Shown here: positions 57,162 through 64,000 of the stretch, in pieces
Numbering within the stretch: the first letter of the stretch is position 1
Layout of the letters: the number at the start of each line of letters is the position of its first letter
Assembly (NCBI GenBank): GCA_040954595.2
Contig: CM082576.2
Coordinates: 5,554,760-5,618,759, forward strand
Direction of reading: 5' to 3'
Length of the DNA: 64,000 nucleotides
DNA from: Balanoglossus misakiensis
Taxonomy: Eukaryota; Animalia; Hemichordata
Position numbers and translations under genes: made by a program
The notes under the pieces: generated by a model
The model's input: the letters and a program-made list of their open reading frames with translations, nothing else
Told to the model about the DNA's origin: nothing
The model's database searches: none

Positions 57162-59602
57162 CAGATGATGCCAACAAAGAGGATACAAATGTATTGCAGT
57201 ACACCCTTTGGAATAAAGGAAGAGTATTTGTGATGGACCAATTGCATCGTCTTATTGCTTGGACAGTTAATGGTAGACAGTGATGTCATCTTTTGGGATA
57301 AATGGCTCCAGCAAATTCATGCCAAGAAAAACATTTTGCCTTCCTTTCATGGATATGTGGAGAAATGCGAAACTGCCCAGGGATGGCATCAGTAAAAGTG
57401 AATGGTTGCAGTGCAGATCTTGAGTTCCCATTGAATTGTGAAATTTATTAGTTACCATAGCCTATGTATAGATAAAATACATCATGTGTGCGATCACATG
57501 CTATTTACAAAAATTCTACCATGTTGTGTATACATTCTGGTGAAATAAATTTCAGTTGAATACTCGATTACACAAAAGTAGTAGTCTTCTGTGTTAGGGA
57601 TCATCTTGGTTCAATCTGCATTGCTTTACCTGAATGGGTAAATACAATAATAGATTGGGATTTTCAGCTGTGCTGTGCTGTGCTGATGAAAATCAAAACA
57701 CTGTGCTTGATAGTGATGACTCTCATTGTGTGTGCGACAGTGTGTGTGAACTAAAAATGTTTAGTGTTTGAACAACAGCCCTGAAAGAAGAAATATGGAG
57801 ACGCCAATATACAAAGAGACCTTCCATTTTTCATCATTTTAATGTTGTCTTTACAGGACATATTTTAACAGTAAAATTCAAACATCTACATTGGGAAAAA
57901 ATTGAAAATTAAATTCATCCTATTGAAGCTCAGAGGGAAAACAATCTTCGTATGAAGTGAATTTATCAGCACCTGAAGTCTGCTCCTTTCAAAGTCAAAT
58001 TTTGACAGTAAAAATAAAAATACTGACAAATGTCAAATTTTCAGCCTCTGAAATGCTTTTTACAAGTACAAAGTACATCAATTTCTTATTACAACAAGTA
58101 CTTGACATCATGGTCAAAACCTTCTACAAAAATGTCACATTGGCAAGAATCCTTGTAAAAAAAAACACCCTTGTACCCGCTCAAATTGGTCCAATCTTAT
58201 TTTGTAAAATATTCTGAAATTTTAAACATTCTTCAACAGGATTATATTGGTAATTGATTACCGAAATTTCTGCTGGTTTAATGCAAAACAAATTGCACTA
58301 GAAATAATCATGCATCTGAGCCAATATTACTCATAATAATGATCTCTCTTCGCATTTAATTCCTTGGTTCCAGTCCTCACCAGGAGAGCCACAGAGTCCA
58401 AGCGGGAGTGTGGTGCGTTAGTTTGTATGAACAATCATACGACATTGACTGTATGCCTAACCACTGCATTGTTTATAACCCTTCGGTACTGCATTCACTG
58501 AAACATGCATACATAGAGTTGAAACACTTCTGTACAAGAAAAATACATACTTGCTTACAGAGTTGTCTACAGGTAGGTAGCTATCAAATATACAGATCTG
58601 TAAACTGAAGGTAGAATGTAGTTTGGGTGGGGGGGGGGGGGAGAAATTCTCAGATAAATGAAAGACAAGTCCTAGAAATCGGACAGTTCTTCACTATGTG
58701 TCAAATAGTCTTGAAAACTGAACAGAAATCAAAGTGTTTACCAAGTTTTACTAAAATGTTTGATGGCCATTATGCATTTTGAAATATTTGTAACATGGAG
58801 GTGAATGGAACCCTGACCTTTCACATTTGACAGCTGAATAAAATGGCTAAGAACTGTACATTTTCAGTTACAAGTGTCTTGGTGCAGAAGTTAGCTCAGG
58901 TAAGTTTTTTGAGGTACAGTTTGTGTTGAAGTGAGACTTGTACTGACCAGCAATGTGAAGGTATATTCAACGAAGTACTCCACAGCAACTCATCAAAAAC
59001 AATTCAAGCTCCAGAAACCAGATAAATGTTCTCAAAGAACAACATCAACCACCACATCATCAACTGAACCTTGCCCTGTGGAAGGTACAATCAATATCAG
59101 GAGCAGATGACAAAAGGCTGTTTTTTTGTCTTTGTTTTGTAACAGACCGTCATTGTGTTTACCACTCAAGTCTGTGAAATGCTGAATTTTCACTGATCAA
59201 TACATTATGAAAGAAAAATGCAGGCGGAAAAGACACAACCGTAAAATGTCACCTGTTCACCTCTCAGACATTAGTCACTGCAGAAACAAATTCTCATGAA
59301 AACACATTCACTAGCATTTTTCGAGTTTACCTTTCTTTTCCAACATGGAAAGGTACATGAAATGACGGCCGCCATTTTCAAGTGGTAAGCAGTGACTGCT
59401 GCAAGCTTCTATTTTTTTTTTATGTGAAGTCAATATTGATTCCCCCAATCCCTGAATTCTAATAAAGTGCAAATGACAAAACAGTTACAGACACACAACT
59501 CTTAAAAATTCAAAACTTTTTTTATGGGTGAACTATGTCCTAAATACGACATCATTCTGGTCATCATACAGCTGGCGATTCTCTTATGCGTCGCTGTCTG
59601 CT

Positions 59603-62600
59603 TCAGAGGTTGCAATAGGTAAAGGTCAAAGGGCATAACACAGCAGCCAGGCTTCCAACGGCCATATAGGTGAGAAACTTCCTGGGAAGCTCAACCCACA
59701 AGATATCTGTCGACTTCGCTTCGGAGAACGGCACTCGCAGTATGACGCTCAAAGCCGCGGTGATGGACAATTTGGATAAAGTCCTCGTCAGCAGCAGCAT
59801 CACAAGTCCCAGTGTGGTCTTCAGCGACATGTTGATGAGCCACGCCGAGTCCGGCAAATGAATAGGGCGAGCCTCCACTTCCAGTCCGTCCGCGTCGAAC
59901 AGCTGGATCTCGTTCCGTATTCTGTGCCAGTGTCCGATGAAAATACCTGTGCCGGCACTGACAACTATGGTGGCAAGTTCCCGGGAAGAGTTCCACTCCG
60001 TGAGGGCCGGATAGCTGAGCACAATGACGACACCGATGCCAAGAGTCCGCCACGGGGCGTTGTCGCCGTCCATGAGGAAATCGTCAATGACGTCCAAGTA
60101 CGGTATACAGACCAGCATGATGACGGTGGCAAATATCAATCCGACAAAGATGTCCTGCAAAGAAATTGTCAAATGATCAGTCACATCAAGACTAACTAAC
60201 CCACTCACTAAAAGGTCATGATTGGGTTTAGTGCGTGCCATGCATCTCAGAGCTTGCATCGAACAACTACCATTTCTTTCTCACAGCCTGTGCATTCACT
60301 GAGTATTCTTTCAACCCCATTCTTAACCACACATTCCCTCAAACCAAATCAAACCAACCCCCTTGATGTTTCACTTGACAAAGGAAACCTCTTTAAAATC
60401 ACATTTGTTCAAAAAGGGTGAATCAATGGTCCAAACGAACAAAGATATGTTCATTATCGCCCAATGAATGCCCCCCCCCCCCCTCTCTCCGCGACTACAT
60501 ATTTGATGAAATACTGCTTCACTGTGTCAATCTATCTTCCATAAATTAGGTTAAAATGAGGGCAATATCCGTTCTCCTTGATGTCAAATTTAACATTATT
60601 TAATACTTGCTACACATTCTATAACACATTCCCATAAACCTGACTAAAGAAATGTCCATGGCTCAAATGTCAAACAATGCAAATAGTCTCTGAATGGTTT
60701 CTGGTTTAACTACTAGTATTTCATTAAAGATATTGGTATGGCATTTTGCCTCATTAACACTGCACTTCTGAAACAAAAACCTTGTAACAAGATTAATGAA
60801 AAAAAATTAGCTGTTGATTATGAAATCTTTGAAAAAATACAAGTGATCATTCATGATGATAACAGTAACTAAGAACGCAATGTCAAAATAAAACTCCATT
60901 TCAGATTTGACCTGTACTTAACACAGTTACAAGGTAATGAAAAATTACCCACAAGCCCTAGAAATTGATAAAGGGAGGTATACTGTCCCAAAAACCCAAT
61001 TACAGTACACAGCCAAGCAAATTTATATAAATCAATTAGGCAAATCAGTCTTGTTGGTAATTACCAGCTGATCACTGTTTTGTATAATTAAAATCACCAA
61101 GAGGCACCATGGGTACTATCAGGCAGCGCTGGGTCAATGAACTTTTTTGAAGGTCACATTACCCTTTCAATGGGCATGATCGCCATGCTGCACATATGAG
61201 TACTGAGAAATTGCGTGGTTTCGTCTTCTGCTTTGCAAGCCAATCAAGTGTCATCCCTATCTATCTATCTATCCAGACATTTCAATGCGGTTTGTAAATC
61301 AGATCGAGGCACCGAGTCTTCATACACAATCTAGATCAAAAGCTTACACAGATCTGAGTGACGTTTGTGCCTCATTCAGACTACAATTACGTTTCACTTG
61401 TCAATCACACTTTATGCCTTTCTCCCTGAAATCGTATCATGACATACGTATTTTTATAAATTAGATGTTTGCCTCTCAAAGGTGGCCAGTTTTATTACAA
61501 TTTGGCATTCTACGCGGACATGAAATATATCAAAAATACTATTTTAAACATGTCTTTTCTATGAAGGTTTATTTGATACAGGGGTCTTATCTCTGAATTG
61601 GAAATATTCCTGCAGGTGTACAAGATCTGAATAAAAATCCAGACTGACTAGTTTTTCAATTCAAGGCTAGTGACAAAATTGCTGCTATTATCACAGTTCA
61701 CTGACACGCAGTCTTATTACAAAGACCCCACACTACAATTTTTAATATTTCATTTTATTGTGTACACGTCAGAAAGTCATTAAGGAAGAACGACAGGGGA
61801 ACATGTCTGCACAGGATCTAAACATTATAAATGCGTCTCAGAGGTGCTGAAAACCCATGACAATTTCAATTACATTTCAGAAACATCTTTTAGGGGGGTA
61901 ACTCACTACAATGTTGAGTGAACGTGTTAGCCGGCTATTAGTCCCCAAAGCGCAATCTTTATGAAGTTCATAAATATTGATACCATATCACAATGACTGA
62001 CATGAAATATGGAACGTTTGACACATTAGAAGAGACTTTGTTCTGACACGTTTTAACCTTGTTGATCTTTAGCTTGGAATCAATAAAATGCGAATGCCGT
62101 AATTATAAAATTTATGACTGGCCCAATTAATTTAAATTCCTTTGTGGACACATTTCTGCAATGTGGTGACATAAATACAAGTCATTTGCTGATCTGCAGC
62201 TGCTGGTCCAGAAAATAGTGAAATGACATAATTACCAGCAGCATACAAAATCAGATAACCATGGTTGTTGAACAGCATTTGCATTTTGACCCTGTACTTT
62301 ACTTGCATGTGTCTATTTGGAAGTCAAGTGGTATGTTTAATAAAGTTTTTCGTTCAAGAATGGACTTGTTACAGGCACTGATCTCCAGTTGATTGCTTTC
62401 TCATCATTACAGACTCACAAATTAATATGAAGCTGATTAAAAATCTTCACACACGCTTGTGCTTGGCATAACCAGAACCTTTGAGTGTGTACACGTCCAG
62501 TAACAGGAGCTGCATGATTGGCCATTTACAACTGCGTGACACCACTTACAACTGCATGACAGCACTTGTCAATCACAACATGATCTATACTCCCCCAAGC

Positions 62601-63078
62601 CACCAGGGGAAGTCTTGAGGAAAGGAAGCCCCTGCAGGATGAACATCGCTAATGAAAAAATGTTATTGTCCCTACTTCTGCATTCTTGGCCACCATCTAC
62701 CTCAGTGCATGCTGGATATGCGAAAAAAAGGTTTACTGTACTGGACACAACTGGAAGATCCAGAATCCATATACATGTATTATCCGGCTTCAAGCATCAT
62801 GAACAAATGAACTTCCCCAACTGTCCCACACCCCAAACCTCTCCCTGCCAATCCCCATCCCCCAGTCTGTCTGCACACTTCAATCAATATTAATTACACT
62901 CACTACACTGCCACCAACTTAACCCCCAATTTCTAGTCCCCACCCCTACCCACAAAGAACAATGATGCAAAAGTCAAAGAACACTTACCAACACACTGTG
63001 CATTCCCAGATAGATCCTACTGAGACATACCAGTATACACCAGATGATTGCTATCGTCAGGCCCACCCATAATGGATA
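59603..63078 (-). CDS. SGPP: Sphingosine-1-phosphate phosphatase (PAP2 family), last two exons (63078-62989, 60154-59603); the 5' part lies off the right edge
   Basis: YPLWVGLTIAIIWCILVCLSRIYLGMHSVL|DIFVG contains the PAP2 C3 motif SRxxxxxH. The multi-TM C-terminus with VELPRKFLTY is typical of SGPP1/2. Confidence 0.88.
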
Positions 63079-64000
63079 CTGAAAAATTACCAAAAAATGG
63101 AAAATAATTACAACAAAATACAAGGGCTGCTCAGAAAAGGTACTTAATTTGTGAATTGTTGAGAAAGACAGATGGTGTTATCGACTATTGTGATCAGGGG
63201 ACATAACATAAAACATTTACACTAATCACTCTATGTCGGAGGAGCTCTTCTACTTCTGTGTATATCATGGAAGTCAATAACAATATTGATTTTGTTGCCT
63301 GTATTATACTGGCCAATTTGTTCAATACTATTACTACTGTAACACAGGCGCACAAAGCAATTAGACCAGATTATGATTCTGGATAGTGTAAGTTTGTAAA
63401 CTACAACTGAATCTGTACATGAAACTTTGCAATGTAATGATAGGCCCTTCATTCGATACCTAGATGTAGTAAAAAAAACATGCATCTACACACCAAATAC
63501 CAAGGTGATACAAAGTGATTCTCAAGTTTCTGCATGCAGGGGATTTGTATCTGAGTGTGTGTCATATGTACACACAACACAAATCCGTACATACATGTAC
63601 AAACCTAATAAATAACATACATACATAGTACTAGTATACAAACACACGACTCTGATATGATCTTTGGAAGCTAGTGATTCTGAAAGGACTTTCACTCTTC
63701 TTCAAGTATACTGTAAGCTTTGTTTGACAAACTGCACTCATTTAAGTCATAGCCATTATTATTAAACCATGTTTAAAATGACTGCTGTATCATTTTTTAA
63801 TATTTGTGTTCAGACACAATTTCTTGCGAGTGAAAACACAAAGACTTCCATGTCAACCCAATGAAGGATCTTCCTTCCCTTCTTCATTGTATGTAAATTA
63901 TGATCACTGTAAGCTGTTTCAGGGTCACTTAATGGAGTGACAAAGTGCCATAAGCCACACACTGCAGACGTTGACGGATGAACAAAGAAAGTGGCCATGG

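Noticed and set aside
61660-61705. miR-2-family-like seed TATCACAG in a weak hairpin
   Set aside because: Pairing is poor, the 3' part is unlike miR-2/13 and it lies antisense to the host intron.
62526-62566. 20-bp tandem duplication ttacaactgcgtgacaccac / ttacaactgcatgacagcac
   Set aside because: Only two units with no spacer; an ordinary local duplication, not an array.
63810-63998. Minus-strand ORF with HPSTSA resembling the SGPP PSTHA motif
   Set aside because: It lacks the catalytic His and the flanking context, and has no suitable splice donor; treated as intronic.

Overview
Gene-dense, intron-rich, AT-rich eukaryotic DNA from an invertebrate animal (probably a lophotrochozoan; this is an inference from composition and repeat signatures). 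Eleven spliced protein-coding genes could be traced exon by exon: DZANK1 (-, 5' part), L3HYPDH (+), MCM8 (-), GMF (+), cornichon/CNIH (-), WDR26 (+), DTL/CDT2 (-), INTS7 (+), an S9-family peptidase (+), DMAC1 (+) and a sphingosine-1-phosphate phosphatase (-, 3' part). The first eight form four consecutive head-to-head pairs. Several neighbours (DTL-INTS7, CNIH-WDR26, GMF-CNIH) match human gene order as I recall it. No rRNA, tRNA, CRISPR array or autonomous transposon was seen. The most notable signals are: a CUG-initiated, NLS-bearing N-terminal extension of WDR26 resembling the non-AUG extension of vertebrate WDR26; a ~39-bp fold-back in the WDR26 3' UTR; one U12-type and two GC-AG introns in INTS7; a compact E2F/CRE/CCAAT bidirectional DTL-INTS7 promoter; an identical inverted DR1 element on each side of the peptidase gene; and many TA-flanked transposon-footprint palindromes. 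I found no clear wholly new multi-gene system. All coordinates and counts were read by hand, and comparisons to human genes come from memory.
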